A stretch of DNA of 64,000 bases from Vermamoeba vermiformis. Lineage: Eukaryota. The position numbers were made by a program, and so were the translations under genes. A model generated the notes under the pieces. It was given only the letters and a program-made list of their open reading frames with translations, had not been told where the DNA came from and made no database searches. The stretch covers positions 310,001 through 374,000 of the forward strand of contig JBEWZL010000101.1 of the NCBI GenBank assembly GCA_045837725.1, given 5' to 3'. Below, one piece after another: positions 25,953 to 39,053 of the stretch; within the stretch, counting starts at the first letter, position 1, and each line of letters opens with the position of its first letter.

Positions 25953-26057
25953 TTTCGCTATTTAACTCGTGTATGCAACTTCAATAAAAAAACTTTCATA
26001 AAATCTTTTGTTTGTCTAACAAAATCTTCCTTCAATTTTTTCAAGCCAAAAAATTCC

Positions 26058-26080
26058 GGCCAAAAAATCCTTCGGAAAAT
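26058..26080. promoter_or_regulatory. Candidate shared promoter motif, copy 2
   Basis: GGCCAAAAAA-TCCTTCGGAAAAT in the divergent gap upstream of ARPC2. Confidence 0.4.
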
Positions 26081-26167
26081 CTTTGGCGAAATTTCAAAGC
26101 ATTCATCTCGCTATGCAGACTCACGCCACCACTAGCAATTTATGACTTTATGTTTATAATATAGACC

Positions 26168-27488
26168 ATGCAGCAGGAATCCGTTTTGAAGATCTTGACC
26201 GAAGTCGAACATAAGTTCAGCAAATCTATTTCGATCAAGACACTGGAGTTCGTTCCAGAAGACGTAGATCAGGCGGTGCGTATTTTCAACGCGTATATCA
26301 TTATGTTAATTAATTAATGGTGCTGGTGATAATTTGTGGTTGATTTTCTCGTGGATCTGAATAAAATCGAAAATACAACGGTCGTTGAAATAATTTTTCC
26401 GAATTGCAATATATCGCTAATTGAATGGTATTATAGGCGCAATTTAGTAATACGATCGATATTACTGGCTTGATGGTATGTCCGATCAGTCAATCTACAC
26501 TGTAGCGAATACTAATTATTTTCTTCCAACCAGGTTTGGCCTGCCTCTTCATTTTTATGCGAATATATAATTAAAAATAGAAAAATATTCAAAAAACAAA
26601 AGGTTATTGAGCTTGGTGCGGGATGTGGTACGAAAACTTTATAAATTTATAAAATTAATACGCTCTGTGGGCATAATCCGTTCGAAAATTCGTAGTAATT
26701 ACATTTATAGGCATTGGTGGCTTAGTCGCTGCAAAATATGCCTCAGAAGTGTTAATTACTGATGGCAATGAACTCGTCATGCAAGCCGTCAGAGAAAATA
26801 TCGATAAAAATCCTTCAAGTAAGCTAAAAACAGTATATATAGTATTAGCATATTATACATTCAATAATAGAGGCCTTTAAAGATATAAAGTGTCAATAAT
26901 GTCTTTTTGTAACGTACTGATTTTGTCGCAAATAGAACTAGATTCTAATTCTTCATCATTTTAAATAAAATTGATAAAATTATTCGAGGGAAATATGCTA
27001 ATGACAAATTAATAGGGAATTGTAATGTACGAAGTTTGAAGTTGAAGTGGGGTCAAGAAGATTCATCATTAATGCAACAATTTCCTATAATTATCGCTTC
27101 TGACGTAGTGTATCCTTATTAATAGTTATTACAGCGCTATATTTTTCAATTTACGAGCGAATTTATCGATTTTGAAATTTCATAATAATTCGTTCGTTGA
27201 TTTCCTTAACTTCTATTTGCAATTAGGTACAAAACAGAGTTCTTCATAGCCTTATTTAATTGCGTTAAGAATCTTTTGGCACCTGGATCCGACTCCAAAT
27301 TTATTTTAGGATTTGCAAAAAGATTTCCTACTTTAGAGACTTATATTGAAAAAGCAGCGACTGAAGCAAAGCTAAAATTGAACAAAGTCGAAGAATTCAA
27401 ATACTCAGAGCTAAATATACAACATTTGTTAATTAGAGATGATACAGAACGTGTTTATATTCACACGTACGGCCATGCGCAGATCTGA
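26168..27488 (+). CDS. Methyltransf_16 (METTL21/22/23-like) protein lysine methyltransferase
   Basis: TGLMVWPAS, VIELGAGCG, ITDGN, LKWG, IIASDVVY. Confidence 0.85.
27110..27226 (+). other. U12-type (minor spliceosome) GT-AG intron
   Basis: 5' site GTATCCTTAT; branch TTCCTTAAC at 27202-27210; removing it restores SDVVYK. Confidence 0.88.
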
Positions 27489-27633
27489 TCGAGAACAATT
27501 TTATTTATTTGAAAAAAATCAAGTGTATTATATATGATAGTAAAATGTACAGATACTGATCGAGCGATAAATCTAATTTTAATTATTATTATCTTACATC
27601 TTTTTACAATTCTTCTGTGGATCCGTGGTCCTA

Positions 27634-30247
27634 TTAACTAAAACTATGCGACAAATAATCATCATGATGAGCACCCCATATTTGATTTTCGTGGACCTCT
27701 TCGAAGCTAGACAGCTGCTCGTTCAAGTCGTCAACACTAAGACTGGATTCGTGTTCGAACGACGGTTCAGGAACTGGCGGCAAATTACTATCGCTCGTAA
27801 ATATAGACGCGGTATGATGAGCTTGCGAAGCATCATTTTCGGCATCAGTACCATTGCCATTATTACGAGGAGCCATAGTGTACTTGGCGAACAAATGCAT
27901 CAACATTCGTACGAGCGAAGAGATGCTGTCGAGAGGCATGTAGACCTCAGACAATTCGTTCAATATCATCACTACTACACGTGCCACTGGATGCGAGTAA
28001 GCTAATGACTGTAGTGTGGTCATGATCTATAATGAAGATTATGAGAGGTCGGTTATGAGGCGTCAAAGTAGGGTCAAACTTACCGTGTTAAATTTGTCGT
28101 ATTTTAAGTAGAACAAGTATACTGCCGCGATGACAGCTAAGGGTGCTATTGACATCAGATTTTTCAGCTCGAGATCACGTGTTTCTTCACTGAGGTAGTC
28201 GCAGACCTGCGCAAAGTGTCAGCTACAAAATGACACGTGTCAAACAAAGTCAAACGAAAAAATACCTGTAACGCTGCTTCCCGTTGATTTGCAGCCAAGA
28301 AAATGAACGCTCTCGTAGCTTCCACCCACAAAACGCCGACTTGCCTAATTAGGAAATAGTTAGTATCTCGCACTTCGTGTTGCCGTTATGATTTTACTTT
28401 GACCTCCGCGGCATAGCTGTATTATGCAAGACATGTGCCGCTTGATTGATGAGTGATAACCAAGTCTGAACCATTTCTAATGACGGCACGTAACCGTTCA
28501 AATGCAGCAGTGACATTTCAGCGATAATTTTGACCTCGCGAAGAGTGGCCATGTACCAGAAATATTCTGACGCACCACTAATTGATTTGTCCCAGGTATT
28601 CAGTAGTTCATTAGCAGTCTCTATTGGCGTTTGGCTATACGGAAAATCGAGTTAATTACCAAATTAGGAAACGTCAAAAAATGACACCAAGTGGACGCGT
28701 TAGGTGTCACTTACAATTCGTTATTGATGGCCATGTTAACCCAAGTACCGCTGAATTTTGAGACTAGATTCAGGTTGATGCCTTCAAACATTGGCTCTTT
28801 TCCCGTCCTTCGCATCAAATTCTTAACGCTCGTACTGGCGATGGAATGTGCTAGTGCGCACTTCTCGTAGTCGCCGTTGACGACGTAACTGTCAGCCATG
28901 ATGAAGTACATGGCAGTGATTATAGGCTCGCCAGTGTCGAACTTGAGACCTACTTCAGCTCTATAATAAAATCGTCAGATAAGGCTATTTTTTGAATGCA
29001 TCAACGAGGGTCCAATCCAGAAGTTTGAAATGTCAAAAAGTGTCAAAATGTCATTCGGTGCACACAGTCTCGTATTGCGATTTACATTAAATTTCACTTA
29101 CTTTGCGAGTTGCGTCAGTTCACCAAACAATTTAATATTTCCTAAATAGCAGCACGCATTCGCTAACATGGTGTACATGAGTCCTCGGTGGAGTCGGTCT
29201 ATGTCAAGTATTAGCACTGGTATAATAATATATGGTCCTATTGTACTTACTCGATGAGTTGTTGAATTGATCGAGTTCCATGTACGGCACTCGAAATTCG
29301 TAGAACGGAAATGTATCGACAATGTATTGATTCAACAGCTCTTTGAAGAGATAAGCATTCTTTAATAAGGGATTTGTATCGAACTATAATAGAAACAGTT
29401 AGATAATAGTTGATTGCTGATTCAATTAATAACCATTTATGCCTAAAAAGGAAAATAAACGGATCTGTCTTCATTGTAACGTTAGACAGTTAAATGAAGG
29501 CAATAAATAATTCTTATTATAGTATTATAATAAAATAGTGTTACCTTAGTCGCCATTCGGAGCAGATTTTGCATTAACAGCGGATTTAGCAACGACGCAT
29601 TGTTTTGATCGCCTTGGTTATCGCTCAAGAGCGTCTTCTTGCTTAAAAGCTCGTTTTATTGACGTTCATAATATGCTTGCAACTGTTTTTGTTTTCGGAT
29701 CTCGTCCCGAAGTCTGTTCACAGCATTAACGGAAACGAGGTTGTCTAAAAAAGTCGAATCCGTCAATACACATTGATAATTTTTGTGTCAATAGGCTTTT
29801 TATACATTTTCAATACGCATTGGTATATAAAAATGGGAGTTCAAACGTTTTAAAGTAAAAATCCGGAAGGATTTGCATCAACGATCTGCCCGGGATCAGA
29901 TCCTTACCTGAATTAGGACCTCTTTTTCTTGGAATGCGTGTATATTCACATTCTATACCTTTCCTTTCGCAAGTTGAGCATTTGGGCTTTTTTCTGTCAC
30001 CTAGAGTGTCAAAGATTAGGTGACATCCGGGGTCAAAATACAAAATGAATCGCAACACGAGTTTGGAGGAGCTAATCGTATTTAAAAAATAAATGAAAAA
30101 ATGAAGGAAATTATTTGTGATTGTTAAGTATTCGTGGATCGCGTTCTGAATAAAGCGAAAATGATTTTAAATTTACTTACATTTTGCATGGCATCTTCGA
30201 CAAGCCACGCAAGCCAATATATCTCCATTATTATTAAAATCACCCAT
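27634..30247 (-). CDS. Zn(II)2Cys6 binuclear cluster transcription factor
   Basis: Spliced ACVACRRCHAKCDRKKPKCSTCERKGIECEY..KRGP at the N-terminus. Confidence 0.8.
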
Positions 30248-30658
30248 TTTGGTAATTTATATTTAATATTGCGCCTTCGTTGCGGTTGGATCGAAGCTTC
30301 TATTTGGATTCGGTTGTAACGAATCGTTTTATAGCAGTGCTGCTAAAGAAGCCAATAAATACAGGATATTATTGCAAAATTTTCGTTTTTCGGTGTCAAA
30401 CCACGCTCTCTCGGATTAAAAATGAATGCGCATTGCGAGAATCAGTCACAAACCCAAAAATAGCATTTGACAAATCTCTGCATTAATGGATATTATTAAG
30501 TAACATTACGATACCTTAGTTCATTTGCTTGCCTATTGAGCTAATTAAATTGAGCAGATCTGGACAGTTTCAAATAAAAATTTGTTCTCGTGTTGCAGAA
30601 AAAGTGTTCGCGTTAATTGAAGACCTCGAATCATAATATAAATAATTAAATAATATAA

Positions 30659-32351
30659 ATGTCGTTCCAGCAAGGCATACCAGATTTAGAGAGCTCTTGG
30701 ACGATCGATCCAAACGACGTTAAAATTTTCAAAGAGATCGGGCATGGTACGTTATTAGACCAGCTACATTATATTAAAATATCGGTCTGCGCATTGCATT
30801 TGCATTGAACTCGCTCGTGAAGTGCTACATCTGATAACCGTTGTAAAAATTAGCAAAAATTCTTAATTAATAATTATTATCAGGTGCATTTGGAAAAGTA
30901 TTCAAAGCAGAATATTTAGGCACTGATGTAAGTATTAAAAATATTTCCGATTCAATTTCGAAAATAAATTTTATTGTTCCTGATCTGAAAGTCAGATATT
31001 TTCCTCAATCCCTATTAACGATTTTATATCTTAGGTCGCTCTTAAAAAAATAGAATTAAGTAAAATTTCCGATCCAATGGAGCTTTTGTTTTTAAAACGC
31101 GAAGTTGCGGTGTTGAAGAGTGCGCGACATCCGAACATTGTAACATTTATTGGTAAGTCCAGTTGACTCATATTATATCAACAATATTATATTAATATGG
31201 GTCTTGCCTAGGTCTATCGACTATCAACAAAGGACAGCCTAACGAAGAGGCCTGGTTAGTTATGGAGTTGCTCTCAAAGGGTGATCTGCGCAGTTATTTA
31301 ATTAACCCAAAAAATGAAATCGGTTGGGCCCATAAAGTACGTCATAGTAATATTATAAATATAATAGCTATAATACTAATTTCATGGCCGCTTACAAAGC
31401 GCAATTCGAAATTTATCGTTCGTTAATCTTATGGGTTCTATTATTAGGTCCAAATGGCTTATGATATTGCGTGCGCCATGTCGTATTTACATTCGAGGAA
31501 AATTATATTCAGAGATATGAAGAGCAAGAATTTACTGGTACGTACCGACATCTGGTTTTCCTGCCATCCGATCCGTTCCCTCTAACAACGTTTGAATACT
31601 TTATCATATCATTATATATATCGGAGTATAGTAATATTTGTCTAACGAATGATTTTTCGTTCATAGTTGGACGATAATGGTCGCGTCAAAGTTATAGACT
31701 TTGGTTTTGCGCGAGCTCATGATCAAGACAGCAGACCCAAAACAATGTGCGGTACTGAAGATTATATGGCGCCCGAAGTCGTAAGTATATATTATTGATA
31801 TTATGGTTGTAAGAGTCATTGGAACGAATGTGGATCTGGCTAAAGTGACGTACTAACAAAAGTTTTGAAATAGATTTTAGGCATGGATTACGATGAAAAA
31901 GCAGATATATTCTCATATGGCTTGGTATTATTTGATATTATTACAAGAAAAAAATTCGCTAAAGAAATGCCAAGGTAAGATCCAAGATCCTAATTCATTT
32001 GTTCGCAGATCTGCGTCAAAAGACTTTCGATATATACATAATATTAATTACGTTTATAGAACACCTCAGGATGCATTTGGTATTGATGAAGAGCGGATCA
32101 AGGAAAGCGGCTTAATTCCAACGGATTGTCCGCCGTTTTTCTTAGATCTAGCCTTCTTCTGCTGCAAATATGAAGAGAAAAAACGACCGACGTTTAAGCA
32201 AGTATTAGAGTTCTTAAAGAAGCTAAAGGTTGTCGTGTCTGCGGACAAAGTCAAAAAAATGCACTCGGATGCAAGCCTCAAAAAGGAAAATTCAGCGCCA
32301 ACGGTGATTGCTCAGGCTACCTCTCCACGACCAGATGGTGGTTCTAATTAG
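30659..32351 (+). CDS. TKL-group (LIMK/TESK-like) protein kinase
   Basis: GHGAFG, VALK, RHPNIV, IHSR-type loop IFRDMKSKN, DFGFAR, CGTEDYMAPE, DIFSYG. Confidence 0.88.
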
Positions 32352-32517
32352 TAACATATAATATACTTACCCTAACTTTGTACTCTATTTATAAAATCTT
32401 TCGTACCGAACCTCTGCCGAGATCTGGAATCTAGCTTCGGGTCGATAGATCAGGTAATTATAGAGGTACACATCCTGGCTTCGGAGCTTTAGACAGGATT
32501 GAAATTAGAGCGTAATT

Positions 32518-32733
32518 TTAGGTATTTCTTGGCGGCGATCTTGAGCGAGATCTTCGTCGGTGTTGCTGCGGGATGTTTTGATGCTGCTCGTCATGCAGAC
32601 GGTCAGCTTCGCCTGCAGCTTGCATTCGAATTCTATATAGGTCGTGGTCCTCAGGACGAACGGGGAAGAAAGGACAGTCTAGCTCCAGATGTCCTAAGTG
32701 GAGACATTTCGTGCATCTTGGATCGAGTTCCAT
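32518..32733 (-). CDS. 71-aa CCHC zinc-knuckle protein with RS tail
   Basis: C-TK-C-LHLG-H-LELD-C (CX2CX4HX4C); RRRSRSRSP. Confidence 0.6.
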   Translation of the reverse strand: MELDPRCTKCLHLGHLELDCPFFPVRPEDHDLYRIRMQAAGEADRLHDEQHQNIPQQHRRRSRSRSPPRNT

Positions 32734-32930
32734 TGGTGTTGATCGGTTGAATTATTATTATTAGAATGAATGAAGTGTTATGAAAAATCGTTTTTATGCC
32801 CAAAAGCCAAGAAAAAGCCAAGAAAACGACTCGCAAAATTTCAGGATCTGGGAGCGAGATAATAGTTTAAAAATCTTCTTGTTGTTTATATATGATTACC
32901 TAACGAAAATACACAGGCATTAAATCGAGT

Positions 32931-34452
32931 TTAATGGCCAGTAGCACTGGTAGGCATGCCTTGTCTGCCCTTGAAATCGTTCATCGTGTCATGAACTCCG
33001 AGAATACCAGACACGAAGTCAAAAGCATAAGTCGGCAATAAAAATCGCATTAAATAATTAAGTCTGACTGCCCACGGCAAATAAAGCACTTCTTGGTTCG
33101 TTTGAACGGCGTCAATAATTTTGTCGGCCACGTAGTTTTCGTCCAAAATTGGCAATAAGAACGGTACTGATAGGCCAAATTATTAGTATGATTGATGATA
33201 GGTCCCGGGCACGTAATAAAAATATGACTTATGTTATAATATATTATAATAGGAGGCCGGACTTACTTCTGGTTTTGACACCATCGAACATGCCAGTATT
33301 AATGTAGTACGGACACACGCAAGTTGTTTTGACGCCAGTATAGCCAGTACGCTTCAATTCAATGCGCAATGATTCGTCGAAACCAAACGCGCCAAATTTG
33401 CTTGCACAATAATCGGCCAATCCACGTACACCTAAAATAGAAATTATTTTAGTAATACAGCGAAGTCTCGTGAGGAAATGATATAATCTTCTAATATAAT
33501 TAAGAATAGTATGCAAATCAATAGGAGATAATATGAAATTGCTGGCCTGTTTACCTGAAGTTCCAGCGGCACTAGCGATCGTGACCAAGTGACCTTTGTT
33601 CTCTTTAATCATGTCAGGAAGGAATGCCTTTGCAGTCCAGAAGTGCGCGGTAGTATTGACATCCACTGTTCGTTGCGCTGCTTCGTCGCTAAAAATAGAT
33701 CCGATTAAATAAATTCAGATGCGGACTCCAGTGAAGGGATTGATGTTAATAGTTACTTCGATAAATATGTCATATTAATATACGATTCAGATTTCGTACC
33801 TGACCTCCAAGAAAGTTTTTCCGGAAACAATGCCAGCGTTATTCACCAAAATATCGACCTTCCCCACTTGCTGGCGAACTTCTTTGGCCAATTCGTAGAC
33901 CTTGGCTCTATCTGCTACGCTACCCACATAAGTCCACACTTGAGCGCCTTTGTCCTTGAGCTCTCCAGCTAAATAGGAGATCCGTCAACTTAAAAATTTG
34001 AGAAAATCGAGAAAAAAGGCTTGCAATATCTTTTAATATTATATGGTCATGTTATTAATATTGTATTGGTTACGTTTTGTGATGGAAATCGATGGAAGAT
34101 TATTTTTGTGAGGGATTTGATCTCGCACCGTTCGCGAAAAGAAGATAAGGCGAATAGAAATGAAAATAAATATTATAATGCTTACAAACTTTATCGAGGC
34201 CCTTTTGATCGATATCCCAAAGAACAATCTTGCATCCGTGCTCGGCAAACTTGTGCGCCATCTACAAAACGTCACTCATTAATATTGCAATAAATTTTCG
34301 CCAATATTACTAATACATACACGTCTACCGATGCCAGATCCGCCACCGGTAATCAAAACGACTTGACCTGTCAAATTTTTCTTGTTCAATTTGCGTAGGA
34401 AAGGCCAGCCGTAAAGTAAGCCAAGCAATAAAAATAATATCGTATAGAACAT
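32931..34452 (-). CDS. Short-chain dehydrogenase, SDR16C (retinol dehydrogenase/17bHSD11-like)
   Basis: N-terminal hydrophobic helix, [29 protein letters not shown]. Confidence 0.9.
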
Positions 34453-34796
34453 GTTGATGTGTTGTCGTAGTTACTGTTGCTAATACAAAAAATGAACAAG
34501 TGTCAAAAAAATCGTTTTACACCAGCGGCCCGCTTAAAAAACTGGCAGTCCAGAGATCGATGTGCCAGAATTCAAACTGGGCGTTTCAGTAGCCACGTAA
34601 CCACAAATCGGGCACGTTGACGCTTATAACAATAGTTATCATGTCAACGAACAAGTTGATTCTAAGAATTGTTAAAGTGAGGTTGAACATTTTCAGCATT
34701 TATCAGATCTGATTACATCAACCATTTATCAAGCAAGGTGCGAATAAGTTCAAGTAATTAAAATATACAAATGTTTTTTATAGTACAAAGGTATTA

Positions 34797-37186
34797 CTAG
34801 TCTCTAACTTCATCCCGGTCAAAGATTTTTGTGAAGAGAATAGATCTGATTGTAGTAAAGTTACGACCCGTAATTAAGAAGTGTCGTTCTTTTGTAACGC
34901 TTAGATAAAAAAATGTCAGTATTGGGACCTATATTACGTAACTGATAGCGAATAAAAGTTTTGAAAATAACAAAGTGCGATCCAGGTTAAAAAAGATCCG
35001 GATCCAGCTGTTTTAAATTTTCAACTTTTGTTCCACTTAATATTCATAGTGTTTCTTATGTACTTACTCAGACATCTCCACTTGTGCATTAAACCTAATC
35101 TCTTCGTCGCTATCGATCTCCAAATTCTTGATGATTTCGTAAGCCAGATCCATTTTGTAAATCGAATGCTCGTCTTCATACTCGATAAAGACTTCTTTTT
35201 CTTTTAATGTAACGCCAGTGAGAGTATAGAGCACATCTGATATCACAATACCATCGGCTTGAAGACTAGAAAAAAAATTGGTTAGTTTGCGATCCGCATC
35301 CGGATTCAGGCGTGACTGGCATAGCTTCGTCTTACATAATTGGAAATGTGGCCGATCTAGCCATTTTTTGCGCCTTTTCGACTTCTTCGACATTTCTTTG
35401 CGCTTGTTTCGGCGTCAAGCGTCTTTTTTTAGCTGCAGGTGATGGCTCAACCTCGGACGAATCTAAAACTCAAGTATTAGCACCCTTATTAGTACTATAT
35501 AACGATTAATTAAAATATTATGCGAAATCGATAAATTATCCTCCCTTTTAAAAATTATGTAGATTCCGGATGTGGTTCCGTTTTCAGATCGATAAAATAG
35601 TACTTGCAGTACTTCGTCTTATAAGCAAGACTTACTTGGTTTCTTGCGCTTATCTCCAAGCACAAATTTCTCGAGCGGTGCTTTCTTTGCGGCTTGTTTC
35701 GGGGTCTTTCTGGCACTAATCACAGCCGTGGGAGCAGGGGTACTTGGCGTCGATTTGTGGACGGGCGATGAAGGCCTGGGCGGTGTTCTTGTAAATAATT
35801 CTCTAGCAGCCGCCGGTACAGGTGCATTGCCATTAGTTTTATCCGGAGATATGACGATAGGGTTGACCGGCGGACGAGAAGATCCGGCAGATCCGTTCGT
35901 TGTTGGCTTGTAAGGACTTGAAATTGGTTTCTTTGGCGAAACAACAGCCGATGATACGTTAGTATTGTTATCATCGTCTTCGAAGTAATCATCGACCGAC
36001 GAATAAACATCGGCAATGCCGTATTCTCGTAGCGTACTGGATGTACCGCCGAATTTAACCGGACTGCTGATTCTTACAGGAACGTCTTCAGCCACTTCCA
36101 TACCAGTAGATTGGGTAGTGATAGTCTTCTTATGCTTGTCTTGGTCCACTGAGTGCTCTTCTCGCGAAATTTCTTTGATCAGCGCTTTGGATCTCAAGTT
36201 TTGTACAAACGTTCGCAGATCAGGTTTCTATTATTAAACCATCAATACGAATACGATATTATACGATATTATATGATATTAGAATATTATAGCCTTCGCG
36301 ATCCTTAGGATTCGGCAATTTTAATGAAAAGAATTTTCATCGAGATCAGATTACCAAGACTTGCGTATAAAGTGATAGTATAAGGGGCATACCTTAATGC
36401 TCATATTTTTGATCTTATTAGCGAGCTCTTCGTTAATCAGATCCGGACACTGAGCGGCCTTCAATGCGCGGTACAACTTGTTAGTCACTTTGCTGAGCTT
36501 GACTTTGCTTCGTGGAGTATCATAATGTTCTATTCTCATAGTTATATCGATCTTTAATATTATTATATTAGTTAAATTTGTCTAGAGAGACAACTAAGCT
36601 CGTGTAACGGATCAGATCTGCAATGGTCACCGAGATCTGGCCAAAGATTTGTAGAATTATATCGAGCTTACCTCCCAAGGCTCTCTCCAATTCAAAGTTA
36701 ATATAGAATATCGCTTATATTCAAAATAGTACGCGTTGTCTTCCTCGTCTTTCTGAATCCGAAACACGAGCTGTGGTTTAGTTGGATCCGCTTCTTCATG
36801 AATGACGTTGTTGATATTATTATTGTTATTATTGTTGTTATGTGCGTCTTCTATTAGTGAAGGGTTGTTGCTTTCTGCTTTAGATCTGGTCCAGAAGTCC
36901 AGCGTAAAATTGAAGAAGTTACAATGGGCTTGTACTTCGTGTTCGAACGGCTATAAATAATAACAATATTAATATCAATTTGTACAATACTTATTTGCTT
37001 ATCAAAATTGTCAGCAAGGAACGGCAATAGATCTTTAAAAAAAATACACGATCCAAAGCTAAGGAGGGATCTTTGGACGCTACATATTGCGAATGCATCG
37101 TATTAATTTCTAAATAGACGGCTAGTTACCTCATAATCGGATAAGGATCCATTATACCGATTGAGGTACGATTTGAAAATTTCCAT
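34797..37186 (-). CDS. Hypothetical multi-exon protein with an S/T-P-rich disordered centre
   Basis: First exons splice in frame from MEIFKSYL; many SP/TP motifs, KKRRLTPK NLS-like segment; no domain recognised. Confidence 0.6.
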
Positions 37187-37707
37187 AGACCAAAAATACC
37201 CTAAAAATTCGAAAAATAATTAATATGGATATAAAACGTATATCTTATTCAAAATGAGGCATAATCGCGCAGAAAAAATTGCAGATATTTTGAGACGCAA
37301 AAAAATAAATTATTTTCGGTGCTTAGTGATCGTACGTAAAATTAACCAGATAGGTCATTATATCGCATTAACTGAGTATTAATTTATGAAACTTATTGCT
37401 TTATGATTCGTTATTGTGATCAGATCTCGATCAAGGAACAAAGGATCAAACAGCGTGACCGCTTTAGACCCGAAATAATAAGTAATCCCCTTACCTTGTT
37501 CGCTTGCGCGTTATATTAATTACAAAATCATCGCATTTGATTGTTGTGTACTTTTAGTAGCCACAGAAAAAATAATTCTGTTGCTTCATTTGGCGCCATA
37601 GAGTCTTTTTATGCGAACGATTATAGTTTATTATGAATATTAAAAAGAACGATACAGAATGAATTAGCATCAATCGAAACTTAGGTTGATCTGATCGACT
37701 TTTTCAG

Positions 37708-38839
37708 TTACTTCAAAGAAACAACTCCTAAGCCCATGATATAAGGAAAAAAGTTGTTCTTAAAGGTTAAATGGTGTGCAGTAACTTGGTCTGACACTGT
37801 GTTGTATTTGAAGAGGTACGAGCCGTCGATCCAGACGATGCTTTGCGAAGCTGCATCATACGCAACTGAACCACGGACTTGATGCTGCTTCAACTCGGTA
37901 TTCTGAACAGGCACCAGCCAATTTTGCATCTTATTACCAATAGTGAACCATTGTAACTCGTAAGTCTTTTGATTAGAGTTGAAAAAGTGACCGGCAATGT
38001 AGGCTTGACCGTCTGGAGTTCCAACCACGTTCGAAAGTTCGACGATATCAGTAGGAGGCAGTTTATATGTGACAGACGTATTTGAAGCAATATTATATTG
38101 GTGGACGTAACCTAATAAAAAAAAATTTCAACTAGGATCCATAATTCTGGAAAATGAACGGCAAAAGATTAAAAATGCGCAGAATAATACTCGCCTGACC
38201 CAGTTATATAGAGGACATTAGTATAGGCATCGTAAGACACGGTTGAAGGAGAAAAAGAAAGCGGAAATTGTTGGGCGATTCCGTTTTGCATAATAACGAA
38301 AGACGACTGGCAGCCGAAGAACCATTCTGTAATATTACGCTAATTAGTTATCATGATACAATTAATGGTTCATCTAATAATTCGATCGCTACTTGTTAAA
38401 AAAATTACTTACGGTCTTGCGTCGGATCGTAGTCAGTAGGAACTGCCTGCAGACAATCGACAGGAAGGATCATTGGATGATTAGATAGGACAGAACCGCC
38501 ATTTGTTAAGTCGAAGGTGTATAAGCAATCGAAACAAAGGCCGTTCGACGGATCCCACACGTAAAACAGATTCTTTGCTTGATTCGCAGCAAAAGAAACT
38601 CGAGGAGCTCCAGTCGTGAAGCTAATAGGGACTAATTTTAAAGGTTAATATCATAATCAAAATAAATAAGAGAGGAATTTTAGTTCCTTACCTTTACTAA
38701 GAACAACACCATTGGAATCTATAGTGTATATTGCTTGTCGATTGGATCCATCAGCAGTACCAAGGGTCACAACGGCTGCAGTTGAGAGCGCAAAGAAGAT
38801 AAAAAAGACGGGCAAAACGGATTTGACGAACGAAAACAT
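37708..38839 (-). CDS. Secreted beta-rich (propeller-like) protein
   Basis: Signal peptide MFSFVKSVLPVFFIFFALSTA; repeated YDP/YDA-type strands. Confidence 0.7.
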
Positions 38840-39053
38840 GTATTTCAGTGTATAGTTGTACGCTGATTTTAAAGAATAGTGTACCGGCAAACCCTTTTTA
38901 GCCGGCTGTTCTTTTAGACTTTAAGACGGTTATCTGATAATTTTCTTAAAAAGAAAGTTCGACGGAAAAATTCTTCTAGCGGTTACGACGTCCTAAAAAA
39001 GGTGTTTGTACCGATTTTTTAGTATAAAGAACATCTCTACTGAAGCACACAAC

